NCBI GenBank assembly: GCA_038087875.1
Contig: JAXLNO010003642.1
Coordinates: 186,001-250,000, forward strand
DNA length: 64,000 bases
From: Malacoraja senta
Taxonomy: Eukaryota
Direction: 5' to 3'
Shown here: positions 25,520 to 36,667 of the stretch, one piece after another
Layout: each line of letters begins with the position of its first letter
How positions within the stretch are numbered: position 1 is the first letter of the stretch
Made by a program: the position numbers and the translations under genes
The notes under the pieces: generated by a model
The model's database searches: none
What the model saw: only the letters and a program-made list of their open reading frames with translations
Told to the model about the DNA's origin: nothing

Positions 25520-27476
25520 GCAACAAGTTCCACCAATAACCATGCAGGTAGGTGGTTTTGCTCCTGATAGAAACATTTCAATTGGGAAATATTTACAAGT
25601 TGGGGGTAGGTTACACTTGTTTCTAAAAGAATGGCAGGAGATAACATCAGATCCGTTTGTGCTGTGCAGTATTGAAGGGTTTCAAATTGAATTCTATCCT
25701 AATTTGTGTCCACCCACTCAGCATGTTCCAAGCCGGACACTCATTTTCTCACACGAAGAGAATATGGAGATAAAGGCAGAACTTGAGGAATTATGCAATA
25801 AAGGGGTGATTGAGAATGAGGTGATTGGGGTTCGTCAACCCCACCAGTTTGTGTCCAATATATTTCCTAGGACTAAAAAGGATGGAGGATGTAGAATCAT
25901 CCTGGACCTGACGAGCCTTAATCCTTTTGTACAGTATAGACATTTCAAAATGGAAACTTTCCCTACTGCTAAACAGCTGATTTCCAAAGGGTTATATGGC
26001 AAGCATAGATCTTAAAGATGCATATTACTCAGTGTCTGTTCATTGCAATAATAGGAGATATTTGAAGTTTAGCTGGATGAGTCAATTATGGCAATTCAAA
26101 GCACTGCCTAATGGATTAACCTCAGCTCCTAGATTGTTTACCAAATTGTTAAAACCAGTTCTGAGGCTACTTCGAGCTCGGGGTCATATCGTAATGGCCT
26201 ATTTGGACGATAATTGTAGGAAAGACTCGGGACGCAGCTGAATCATCCGTTTCCATTGTTATACTCACTTTTGAGAAATTGGGGTTCATCAAATCATCCA
26301 GTTAATCCAAATTAACACCAGTCAACGTTATTCATTACTTGGGCTTCACTATTAACTCAGATCACATGTTGGTGACAGCCCAGGGATAAAAGGCTGCAGT
26401 TAATTGAAGGTGGTATCAAGCTCATTGCTGAACAACGACCTTCAATCAGACAGGTGGCGAGCTTGATTGGTAAATTAGTGGCTGCTTTTCCAGCTGTGCA
26501 GTTTGGACCTCTGCATTATCAACAATTACAATGAGCAAAAGAACAGGCACTGAGGACACATTCAGGTCAATTTGATAGGTCCATGGAATTACCAGCTGAA
26601 GCCATTGCTGAAATACAATGGTGGATCATGAATGTCTCAAGTAGTTCCAGGAAGATTTTGGTTGAACCACCTTCCATAGTTTTACAGACTGATGTTAGTG
26701 CTCTAGGTTGGGATGATACTGATACTTTTTCCAGCTGTGGAGGCAGATGGAATAGGGAAGAGGCATCCCTTCTGCAATTACGAGGGATCAATTATTTAGA
26801 GCTTTTGGGAACGTTTTATGGGCTTAAAGCTTATTGCCCTACCAAGAGTCATTTGCATGTGCAGGTTCAAATTGACAACACTACAGCAGTGGCGTATGTT
26901 AATCATATGGGTCGAGTCAGGTCAGAATCTTGTGATAGATTGGCTAATCAGATCTGGAGCTGGTGTATTCCCAAAGACATTTGGCTTTCAGCAATCTACT
27001 TACCAGGTAGATTCAACATAGTGGCAGACACTAGGTCACACCAATTCAATGACAACACAGAATGGATGTTGAGTCATGACATTGTTAAAGATGTTGCTGC
27101 TCAGTTTGGGATGCCAAATATCGATTTGTTTGCATCCAGACTAAACCACCAGTTGCCTAAATATGTTTCATTGGAACCAGTTCCTGGGGCAGCAGCAGTA
27201 GATGCATTCTCGCTGCATTGGGGTGGAATGTTTTTATATGCATTTCCTCCATTCTGCCTCATGAGTCGGCATCTGCAAAAAATCAAGCAGGTCTCCGCCT
27301 CACGAGTATCGGTGGTACCCGACTCGCCTACTCATCCATGGTTCCCTCTCGTTTTACAGATGACTACACAGCCTCATATGATTGTTCCCAAACATAGAAA
27401 CCTACTGGTGCACCCGGTAACTGACGATCAACATCCTTTACATGATCGTATTGATCTATTAATTTGCAGATTCTAA
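25520..27476 (+). pseudogene. DIRS pol: reverse transcriptase, RNase H and DNA N6-adenine methyltransferase-like domain
   Basis: FVSNIFPRTKKDGGCRIILDL, HFKMET, IDLKDAYY, LPNGLTSAPRLFTK, YLDD; LQTDVS, INYLEL, IDNTTAVAYVN; IDLFASRLN...DAF...YAFPPF. Frameshifts and stops are present. Confidence 0.9.
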
Positions 27477-28430
27477 GAAGGCCATACCTGGGGAGAGGAC
27501 TATCCGATCGCACCGTGGATGTTATCACTGCGGCCTGGAGGGATATTACCCAAAAGCAGTACATCTCTTTGATAAAAATGTGGGAGGTGTTCTGCTTACG
27601 GCAGAATATTTCATATCAAACTGCAGGCATCCCAGACGTGCTGGAATTCTTGTCAATGCTCTATTTCGATCATAAGTTAAGCTATAGTGCGATCAATACA
27701 GCCAGAAGTGCTCTGTCTTCATACTTATCCATGGGATCAGAACTATATTCTGTGGGGACACACCCTCTAGTTTCTAGATTTATGAAAGGAATTTTTAATT
27801 CCAATCCTCCCAGGCCCAGGTTTTCGGTAATCTGGAATGTAAGCAAAGTTCTTATGCTCCTTCGTCAGTAGACTCCTGTCACAGCCCTGTCTTTGGCCAA
27901 AGTCACCATGAAGGTAGTCATGCTTATGGTGTTGGTTTCAGCCCAATGTGTGCAGACATTACAGAAGCTGCGACTAGACAGGATGGAAGTGTCAGCAGAT
28001 ACCGTCATTTTTTACATCTATAATTTGCTCAAGCAGAGTAGACTAGGGGCGACAGGGTGTAAGATTACTTTTTCGGCATACCCTACAGATTCCCGCCTGT
28101 GTGTGGTGTCATGTTTGTTATATTACATCGAGGCTACCAGAACCCTAAGAGGTGCGGAATCAGCATTGTTTATTAGCCACAGAAAATCGCATAGAAAGGT
28201 GTCAGCTCAGACTATTTCAAGGTGGCTAAAGCAGGTTCTGCTTTATGCTGGGATTGACACCGACAATTTTAAATCTCATTCCATCAGGGCGGCATCAACT
28301 TCAGCGGCCAGGGCAATGGACGTCCCTATAGACCATATTCTCACGGCCGCAGGATGGTCCAGTGAATTGATGTTCCAAAAGTTTTATCATAAACCAATTG
28401 CCAAACTGGGGGTATTTGCCCATTCTGTTT
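27464..28430 (+). pseudogene. DIRS tyrosine recombinase
   Basis: YSAINTARSALS, HPLVSRFMKG, RLCVV, TISRWLK, FKSHSIRAAS (HSTR-like), AAGWSS...FQKFY. In-frame stop at 27869-27871. Confidence 0.9.
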
Positions 28431-28620
28431 TGAGTTCAGTTTTATGGTTTCCCCCTGGGATAGAAGGGGTTGCTATTGTTTCTTTACAAAATAAACCATT
28501 AATGCGTTTAAAGCAATGTTATGGTTTGATGCATTATTGATTATTTACTCATTCTGAGTCAATCGATGCAGTGAGACGCCTGGATTTGAATCTGCGGCAT
28601 GAAATCACAGAGCTTTGAAA

Positions 28621-28733
28621 TCTTCACATAATCACTCACGTGACTCCGAAGTAAAATAGTAAGATTAAAAGAGAACTTACCAGTTTGAAGTTTGATCTTT
28701 ATTTTATGAGGAGTTACGATGAGGGATTACGTG
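28621..28733. repeat. DIRS internal complementary region (ICR)
   Basis: 28621-28657 is the reverse complement of the left terminus (2 mismatches). 28658-28733 is the reverse complement of the right terminus (4 mismatches). Confidence 0.9.
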
Positions 28734-29527
28734 CCCTCCACTCCCAACCCTCATAAAGGTCGTCTGGTAGTTCTAGTCTTCTCTAATCTTACTATTATAC
28801 TTCAATTACTATTACCTGTGATTTCACACCGCTGCTTTGAAGATTGACGCGCATGCGGCTGGACGGGGTCTTCTTCACGTAATCCCTCGTCGTAACTCCG
28901 CATAAAATAAAGATCAAACTTCAAACTGCTAAGTTCTCATTTAATCTTACTATTACTCCTTAGGATGGTGACATCCAATTTCCAACAGTTCTCTATTTTA
29001 AGAACTTCTTCCTCCCATTCCCTCTTGGAATATTTGGTGTTATTATTCAGCAGAGATTGATGAACAAGTAGAAGCAATCATGTCTACAGTATCAATCCCA
29101 ATGGTGAGTTATACTCCTCCATTGAGCCCTGCATTCCCCTTTCATCTGCACTGTCAGTTAAAGTCTGGAGCTAAGATAAGGAGCATGTCAGTGATATTAA
29201 AACTAAATGTTTTGTTGTTTTGCCAGAAATGCAAAATGAAAAGAGAAAAGGCTGTAAACTTTGTGCAAGATAGAACTGCAGATGATGGTTTACACCGAAG
29301 ATAGAAGATGTTGGAGTAACTCAGTGGGTCAGGTAGCATCTCTGGGCATTCCTTCTCTCCAGAGATGCTGCCTGACCTGCTGAGTTATTCCAGCATTTTG
29401 GGTCTAGGCTGAAAACTTAGTTCAGCCAGAGAAAAAACTGATTGGGAAAGAGGCGAGTTGCAGTGATCTTACAATTGAAGGCTTTTGTTCATGTCTTCAC
29501 TGATTCTGACGTTTCTTACACTTGCAG

Positions 29528-29800
29528 AAACCTCTGAGATGTTTATTGGGATTAAACGTGATCGGTCGCAATCACTGAGACTCTCCTGCCTTGTCACAGG
29601 CTTCTACCCACGGGCCATCGATGTAACGTGGCTGAGAGATGGTGAGGGGGTCCACGAGTCTGAATCCAGTGATCTGTTGCCCAATTGGGACGGGACTTAC
29701 CAGCTGAAGAATACAATTCAACTGAGTAGAGAAGATGTGGCAAAATTCTCCTGTTACATCGAACATGCAACTCTGCTGCAGGGAGTCAATGTTCCACAGG
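29528..29800 (+). CDS. MHC class I-like gene B, alpha3 (Ig-C1) exon
   Basis: Acceptor cttgcag ends 29527 and donor GTAAG starts 29801. The 273-bp phase 1-1 exon reads (E)TSEMFIGIKRDRSQSLRLSCLVTGFYPRAIDVTWLRDGEGVHESESSDLLPNWDGTYQLKNTIQLSREDVAKFSCYIEHATLLQGVNVPQ. Confidence 0.87.
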
Positions 29801-29889
29801 GTAAGTGGCAAGTCACTGAGTCTGATCACTTGAGACAATAAACCTCCTGGACTGAGATAACAGCCTCAACGCACTCTTAACTAAGCTGT

Positions 29890-30205
29890 GGATTTAGACT
29901 TTAGACTTTAGAGATATGGTGCAGATACAGGCCCCTCAGCTCACTGAGTCCTCGCTGAACAGTGATCATCCTGTACATTTACACTATCCAACACACTGGG
30001 GACAAATTACAATTTTACCTAAGCCAAGTAACCTACAAGCCTGTATGTCTTTGTAGGTGTGGGAGGAAACCGAAGCACCCGGAGAAAACCCACGCAGTCA
30101 CAGGGAGAACGTACAATGTCCTTGCAGACAGCGCCTGTAGTCAGGATCTAACCCAGGTCTCTGGTGCAGTAAGGCAGCAGCTCTACCGCTACGCCACTGT
30201 GCCAC
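29890..30205 (-). mobile_element. tRNA-head SINE, near full length
   Basis: Same family; head gtagcggtagagctgctgccttac on the minus strand. Confidence 0.7.
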
Positions 30206-30264
30206 CCATTATTAATTTGTGGTTATCTAATTGACCAGAATTATTGATAATCAATGGAATGTGG

Positions 30265-30545
30265 TTTTAGTTTAAGTGATACAGCGCAGAAACAGGCCCT
30301 TCAGCCCATCGAGTGCGTCAACCAGCGATCCCTGCACACTTACATTATCTTACTTATTAGGGGACAATTTACAATTATACCAAGCCAATTAACCTACAGA
30401 CCTGTATGTCTTTCGACTGAGGGAAGAAACCGGAGATCCAGGCAAAACCCACGCATGTCCCGGGGTGAAGGTACAAAACTCTGTACAGACGGGACCCGTA
30501 GTCAGAATTGAACCGGGTCTCTGGCGCTGTAAGGCAGCAGTTCCA
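30265..30545 (-). mobile_element. tRNA-head SINE
   Basis: Same family (aacaggcccttcagcccatcgag...gaattgaaccgggtctctggcgctgtaaggcagcag). Confidence 0.7.
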
Positions 30546-31344
30546 CCGAGTGGGCAAAGCAGAGCCAAATGGAATACAGTGTAGCAAGTGTCTGGTTTTA
30601 CATTTTGGCAGTCGGAATAAAGACGTAGACTATTTACTAAATGGGGAGAGAATTCAGAAATCTGAGCTACAAAGTGGGAGTACTATTGCAGGATTCCCAA
30701 ATAGTTAATTTGCAGATTGAGTCAGTGGTAAGTAAGGCAAATGCAATGCCAGCATTCATTTCGGGGGGCCTAGGATATAAAAACAATGATATAATGCTGA
30801 GGATTTATCGGGCACTGGTGAGGACACATTTGGAATATTGTGAGCAGTTTTGGGCTCCATATTAGAAAGGATGTGCTGGCTTTGGAGAGGGTCCAGAGGA
30901 AGTGTGTCCTGGGGATGATTGATTTAACGTATGAGGAGTGTTGGAAGTCTCTGTGCCTGTGCTCGTGGGATTTAGAAGGATGAGGTGGGAATCTCATTGA
31001 AACCTACCAGCAGGGCCGGATTTAGATGAAGAGAGGCCCTAAGCTGTTCCACTTGTAAGGGCCCCCCAATCCCCCACCCCCACGACCAGAGGAAGATGGT
31101 CTACCAGATTGACACCAATTTGCAGCCGGGCGTGGCCAATGAGATAAGGGGCTGGAAAGCTGGGCTTTATTTATTTATTTATTTATTTATTGCCTGTGCT
31201 TGTGTCGAGTTATAGGCTTAAAACACTATTATTCTGAAATGGAAGGCAAGGAAAATTACTGAAGGGTTGTTTAGAGACTACAGTGCATTGTGACAGCATA
31301 TGTAAGAAAGGCCTATGGCAGTGCCAAAAATATTATACACCTTG

Positions 31345-31718
31345 CGGGGCTCTCACTTAATTTCTTTTCTCTGTTGTCAGCCGGGCAACCTTGGCAGCTT
31401 TTTAAGTTGCCAAATGACAGTTTAGGTGGTTATTTAAGACTGCTTGCATGGCGCGTGCGATAATGTGCTTGGCCGAAGTACGTAGTTACCAGTCAGAATT
31501 ATGCTCAATGAAGCATTCACATATTATTTCTGCTTCAAATAAAGCCACAAACTAAACATATTCACCAATCATGACATGATATATACCACAATGACATGCA
31601 GCAAAATTATAATACTGTATCTTAACTCTTTTTACACGTTGCAATGAATGCAATTTCTATTATTTCTTTCCACTTCCAAACAAAAATGTGGTTGGATTAT
31701 TTAGTGTATGATCAACCT
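31345..31718 (+). mobile_element. Left end of a second DNA-transposon family (same as 59217-59590), truncated
   Basis: About 370 bp of clear similarity to 59217-59588 (gccgggcaacc...aagcattcacatattatttctgcttcaaataaag...atgatcaacct). Confidence 0.8.
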
Positions 31719-32325
31719 CGGTGAGACCAAGCGCAGGCTTGGTGATCACTTCGCACAACACCTCAGTTCGCAATAACCAACCTGTTCTCCCGGTGGCTCA
31801 ACACTTCAACTCCCCCTCCCATTCCAAATCCGACCTTTCTGTCCTGGGCCTCCTCCATGGCCAGAGTGAGGCCCACCGCATATTGGAGGGGTAGCACCTC
31901 ATATTTGCTTGGGTAGTTTACACCCCAGCGTTAAGCACATTGGCTTCTCTAATTTCAGGTAGTCCTTGCATTCTCCCTCCTTCCCCTCCCATTCCCAGCT
32001 CTCCCACAGCCTACTGTCTCCGCCTCTTCCTTTCTTTTTCATGTCATCCCCCCCCCCCGATATCAATCTGAAGAAGGGTCTCGACCCGAAACGTCGTCTA
32101 TTCCTTCGCTCCACAGATGCTGCCTCACCCGCTGATTTTCTCCAGCTTTTTTGTCTACCAATGGGATCCCACCACCGGCCACATCTTCCCATCTCCTCCC
32201 CTGTTGGCTTTCCGTAGAGACCGCTCCCTCCGTAACTCCCTGGTCAATTCGTCCCTTCCCACCCAAACCACCCCCTCTCCTGGCACTTTCCCTTGCAACC
32301 GCAGGAAATGCTACACTTGTCGTTT
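31719..32325 (+). mobile_element. Penelope-like element fragments: GIY-YIG end, 3' tail, then a second upstream fragment
   Basis: GETKRRLGDHFAQHL...PVAQHFNSPSHS...LGLLHGQSEAHR at 31719-31960. LAFRRDRSLRNSLVNSSLP...GTFPCNRRKCYTC at 32160-32325. The tandem layout is typical of PLEs. Confidence 0.85.
32068..32095 (+). ncRNA. Minimal type I hammerhead ribozyme motif in a Penelope 3' tail
   Basis: CTGAAGA-A-GGGT(CTCG)ACCC-GAAAC-GTC gives the CUGANGA core, a 4-bp stem II, GAAA and a GUC cleavage triplet. Confidence 0.62.
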
Positions 32326-33529
32326 TAATTAAGTTCAAGACTATGAGGCTGTACATTGGCCATAAAGTTGCTGCCTAAAAGTTCCAGAGACCCGGAATTG
32401 ATCCTGAATATGGGTGTTGTCAGTATGGAGTTTGCTCCTTTTCCCTTTGATCGCATGGGTTTTCTTCGGGTGCTCTTGTTTCCTTCCACATTCCAAAGGT
32501 GTGCAGGAACCTATTTCAGACCCAACCCAAAACGTAATATTTTCCTAATATTGTCCTGCTTTTTGTGTCTATCTTCAGTTTAAACCAGCATCTGCAGTTC
32601 CTTCCTACACACACGATACTATACAATAGAACTTTATTAATCCCAGGAGGGAAATTGTGTGTGTGTGTGTGTGTGTGGGTATATATATTATACACACACA
32701 CACATATATATTTATATAGTTATATATTCATATATAAATATACACCGTTTTGTTTTCTCGTTTATAACATTGTTTACAGAGTACTACGGTTACATATTCT
32801 GTTGTGCCGCTGCAAGTAAGGATTTCATTGTTCTAACTGGGACGTGAGAGAATAAAACACTCTTGACTCTTGACTTACTTCGCTAATGTGTGGGAAAGAA
32901 CTAGTGTACGGGTGATCAATGGTCGGCGTGGACTCGGTGGCCTGAAGGGCCTGTTTCCACGCTGTATCTTTAAATTAAACTAAAGACACTAAAACCAGAG
33001 GGAGTCTAAAGAAGGGTATCTACCCGAAACGTCACCCAATTTCTTCTATCCTGAGTTGCTGGCTGCTCCATGGAGTTCCCCCGCACAATTAAAGCATGGA
33101 ATATTCTTCACCCTACCATAATTACCCAACCAGACGCAAGTAAATTTAAGGTACCTCTTTCTCCCCCAAGAACCCTTTTTTGCTTAAGTCCAAGTCAAGA
33201 ATCAAGAGAGTTTTATTGTCATGTGTCCCAGATAGGACAATGAAATTCTTGCTTGCTGCAGCACAACAGAATATGTGAACATAATACAGAACAGGAGATA
33301 AAAGTTCAGTCTGTTTATATACCATAGACCATATATATACACAATAAATAAACAGATAAAATGCAATAGGCTGTTATTGTTCAGCCCTGTACCACCTCCA
33401 GTTTAAATTCCTTTTAGAATATTTATGGAGGATCAGGAAAACAGAAGCGAGAGTTACTCCAGGGAGTTACTCCTGATCCAGGGTCAGGGAGTGATTCTGC
33501 GTTAGTTTTCAGCGGTTGCGGCGAGGCAG

Positions 33530-33830
33530 CAATGGCGGCCAAATCTCCCGATTCAAAGCGAGGGAGAAAGTGCCCAGCGCCGACCAGTTGCCGTGGCAGT
33601 GCGCATGCGCAGGGCGGCCGATGATGTGCGGGCCGTGGTTGTGCGCATGTGCAGGGGAGGACGTGCTGGCCGTAGAAGTGCGCATGTGCAAGGCGGCCGG
33701 CTGTGCCGGCGGATGAGGAGCGAGCGGAGAACGGAGACCCGGACACGGAGAGTGACAGACAGAGAGAGAGAGAGATAGAAATAGAGATAGAGAGGGGGGC
33801 CGCCCCGCCCAGAGTTGAACGGCAGGTGTC
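33530..33830. promoter_or_regulatory. CpG-rich promoter-like segment with three NRF1-type motifs and a YY1-type motif
   Basis: TGCGCATGCGCA at ~33599 and GTGCGCATGTGCA at ~33641 and ~33679. AATGGCGGC at ~33531. It lies inside the hAT element. Confidence 0.5.
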
Positions 33831-34638
33831 CTGCCTTGGCCGGAGGCCCCCTACATTTCAGGGCCCCAGGCTTCAGCCTATGAAGCCTAGTGGTAAATTC
33901 GGCTCTGCGAGGCCCTCCTAGATCTCCAGGCCATAAGCTGAAGCTTGTCCAGCTTATATGTAAATCCGGCCCTGCCTACCAGATAATGAAATGCCTGGTT
34001 AGTTGATGTGGAATGGAAGTTTTCAGTAATGGGAGAGTCTAGCACAGCCTCACAATAAAAATACCTACCTTCAATATGGAGATGAGGAATTTCTTTAGTC
34101 ACAGGGTGGTGAATCTGTGGAATTCATTGATACAAACAGCTGTGTGCGTCGTCATTGCATATTTTTCAAGCAGAGATTGATAGGTTCTTGATTAGTACGG
34201 GTCACAAAGGTTACAGGGAGAAGGATGGAGAATGGGAGTTAGCAGTAAAAATCGATCTGCCATGACTGAATGGTGGAGTAGACTCAATGGACTTGAAAGG
34301 CATAATTCTGCTCCAATATCTTATGGTCAAAATTATTCTTATGTCACCCTTAACTCACTCATCCAAAATGTAGGAACAATGGAAGCAAGATAGGCTGATC
34401 CTGGACAAGGTCTCTTATCTTCTTCCTTGGGCATTGTAGATGAGATGTGCATGTGCCTTTAACATAGTGACCTCATACCTACTAACCACTCCCCATATCA
34501 CAAGTATAACTACAACCTCCCCACCCACAGATCGTTCTCTAGTTCCTGTGACAGACCACGTACAGCTAGTGCAATGTATAATGATCCAGTATGAATAAAG
34601 ATAGTAAAGTAACGATGCCTGGTTATCAATTCTTTACA

Positions 34639-34670
34639 TGGTGTCAGAAGTGGGATTCGAACCCACGCCT
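34639..34670 (-). other. Extended primer-binding site: 32-nt copy of the 3' end of tRNA-Leu (CAA/CAG type), including CCA
   Basis: TGGTGTCAGAAGTGGGATTCGAACCCACGCCT is the reverse complement of AGGCGTGGGTTCGAATCCCACTTCTGACACCA (T-arm, acceptor stem and CCA). Confidence 0.88.
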
Positions 34671-36667
34671 GGCTTTGGTTACCCAATCATCAGAAGGCAT
34701 TTGACATTCTTAAGTCTAAACTGATCAGCACACCCACGCTCAAGTTCTTTGACCTGCAGCGTCCCATTGTCCTCACCTGCGACGCCTCTCAATTCGGACT
34801 CGGTGCCGCCTGCCTCCAGGTCCATGACGGCCTGCAGCTGCCTGTCTCCTTCGCGTCCCGCACCATGACCGCCACCGAACAGCACTACGCGCAGATTGAG
34901 AAGGAGCTACTGGCCGTGGTGTTTGCCTGCTCCAAATTCCGGGACTACATCGTGGGCAACACTTTCACCGTTGAAACTGACCATCAACCACTTGTTACCA
35001 TGCTCAACAAACCGATCCATGTGGCCTCATCACGTCTGCAGCGCATGCTGCTGCAGCTCCAGCGTTTCACGTTCACGGTGGTTTATCGTAAGGGCAAGGA
35101 CATGTTCGTAGCCGACACGTTGTCTCGCGCCCCGCTGACGTCCACTGCTCGCCACCAATACGAAATGTCTGAGTTACTAGTACTACGATTGAACTTCGTC
35201 CCCTCGCCACAGATGATGTCCCTGGTTGAACACACTACCAACGACCCTGCCCTGCAACAGCTGTCTGCCGTCATCCGGCAGGGCTGGCCTGACCGTCGCT
35301 CGGCTGGAGCCGTGCCCTACTTCCTGATTCGGGACGAGCTCGTACTGCACAACGGCGTGGTGGTGAAGGGTCACAAAGTGGTCGTGCCCGCGGCGCTGCA
35401 CGACCAATATTTTCAAGTCGCACACCGCGGTCACACTGGGGCCGAAGCCACTGTGTCTCTCGCCAAGAGCCAGTTCTATTGGCCGGATATGGCCAAGTAC
35501 ATCCGGGAGAGGGTCTCCTCGTGTTCCACCTGCAACAGCCGCGCCCCCCATCAGCAGCGTCAGCCGCTTCTACAGCAGCCCGCGCCCGGACTGCCCTGGA
35601 TGGCGCTCGCCACAGACATTTTCGAGTGGCGGGGCAAACATTTCCTGGTACTCGTTGACTCCTACTCCAGCTGGTTTGTGGTTGACCGGCTGCCTTCCGT
35701 GACCTCTTCGGCCGTCATCGACAGGTTGTACCCTCACTTTAGCACTTTTGGACCCCCGGCAAGCTTGCAGTCGGACAATGGCAGCCAGTTCACGAGCTCC
35801 GAGTTTAAAGCGTTCGCTTCCAGATGGAACTTTCGCCATTTCACCAGCAGCCCAGAGTACCCGCAAAGCAACGGTTTGGCCGAGCGCACGGTCCGCAGTG
35901 CTAAGCACTTGTTGGAACAGTGTGGTGGCATTAACTCCGACTTCCACCTGGCCCTCCTCAGCCTTCGGAACATTTCCCGCGACTCTGCCATGGGTTCACC
36001 TGCTCAGCGGCTCCTGTCTCGCGCTACCAGGCTCCCGCTCCCTGTGGCCCAGCGCTCCCTCATACCCTCGGTCCTCCCACCTGCGGCGGTTCAGAAACGA
36101 ATTGCCTTCAGGCACGACGTCCAAAAGCGTTCCCATGACAGGTCCTGCCACCCGCTGCCGCCCCTCTTCCCCGGTCAAGTAGTCCGTATGCAGACCACTC
36201 CCGGTCACTCCAAGCTCGCTACTGTCGCCGGCTCTGCGGGGTCGCCCAGGTCCTATTTCGTCGACTACGCTGGGGCCATTTACCGACGGTCCCGCCAGCA
36301 CCTTCGGCTCGTCAACGAGCCGCGTCCTCCTGCCGCCGATCCCTTTGCTCCCCCGCTGCCTGTTTCGCGTCCGGCCATTGCCCTGCCCGTGATTCCTGAC
36401 ATGCCTCGCTCTGCTCCTCCTTCGCCCCTTCCGCTCCATCACACTCCGACTAGTCCTCGCTCGCCCGCCCGCGCTCTTCCCGGTCCCGGCCCCGCATCCC
36501 CTCCGGGTTCGGTGCCGCGGTCTCTTCCGTTTCCTCCCGTTTCTCCCTTTCAGGTTCGTCCTTCCCCGCCGGTGCCTCTTCCTCCTGCAGGAAGGGTGGA
36601 TGGCGAGACGCGGACCCGGGCGGGACGTCTTGTCAAAGCGCCTGACCGCTATGGCGATGTTGCCTAG
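34667..36667 (+). CDS. Gypsy A pol remnant: RT connection, RNase H and integrase with a Pro-rich tail (open frame)
   Basis: AWLWLPNHQKAF...LTCDASQFGLGA...VSFASR...YAQIEKELLAVVF...VETDHQPL; HRGH...C...C zinc finger; ATDIF...QSDNGSQF...SNGLAERTV (DDE). First in-frame ATG at 34865. Confidence 0.9.
   Translation, partial: AWLWLPNHQKAFDILKSKLISTPTLKFFDLQRPIVLTCDASQFGLGAACLQVHDGLQLPVSFASRTMTATEQHYAQIEKELLAVVFACSKFRDYIVGNTFTVETDHQPLVTMLNKPIHVASSRLQRMLLQLQRFTFTVVYRKGKDMFVADTLSRAPLTSTARHQYEMSELLVLRLNFVPSPQMMSLVEHTTNDPALQQLSAVIRQGWPDRRSAGAVPYFLIRDELVLHNGVVVKGHKVVVPAALHDQYFQVAHRGHTGAEATVSLAKSQFYWPDMAKYIRERVSSCSTCNSRAPHQQRQPLLQQPAPGLPWMALATDIFEWRGKHFLVLVDSYSSWFVVDRLPSVTSSAVIDRLYPHFSTFGPPASLQSDNGSQFTSSEFKAFASRWNFRHFTSSPEYPQSNGLAERTVRSAKHLLEQCGGINSDFHLALLSLRNISRDSAMGSPAQRLLSRATRLPLPVAQRSLIPSVLPPAAVQKRIAFRHDVQKRSHDRSCHPLPPLFPGQVVRMQTTPGHSKLATVAGSAGSPRSYFVDYAGAIYRRSRQHLRLVNEPRPPAADPFAPPLPVSRPAIALPVIPDMPRSAPPSPLPLHHTPTSPRSPARALPGPGPASPPGSVPRSLPFPPVSPFQVRPSPPVPLPPAGRVDGETRTRAGRLVKAPDRYGDVA

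Larger units (their letters stand above)
24758..28954 (+). mobile_element. DIRS1-type tyrosine-recombinase retrotransposon, structurally complete but coding-decayed
   Basis: Left ITR 24785-24821 pairs with right ITR 28845-28881. The internal complementary region 28621-28733 is complementary to both termini. Trinucleotide ATT occurs at both ends (24758-60 and 28952-54). gag, RT, RNase H, methyltransferase and YR remnants are present. Confidence 0.95.
31011..33974. mobile_element. hAT-type composite non-autonomous element with internal cargo
   Basis: Perfect 14-bp TIR CAGGGCCGGATTTA / TAAATCCGGCCCTG and 8-bp TSD CCTACCAG (31003-31010 and 33975-33982). A second degenerate right end lies at 33843-33907. 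Confidence 0.88.
30560..34325 (+). mobile_element. CR1 fragment (30560-31010, resuming 33975-34325), split by a 2.96-kb hAT element
   Basis: LRIYRALVRTHLEYCEQFWAPY on the left. gaaacctaccag|ataatgaaatgcctgg restores the CR1 ETYxIMKxL segment once the insert is removed. Confidence 0.75.

Noticed and set aside
34639-34670. tRNA-Leu gene
   Set aside because: Only the 3' 32 nt are present, and they include the post-transcriptional CCA, so it is a retro-copied primer.
35083-36442. Antisense and alternate-frame ORFs over Gypsy A (likewise over Gypsy B and the ZNF gene)
   Set aside because: They are shadow ORFs of GC-rich coding sequence with no recognisable motifs.
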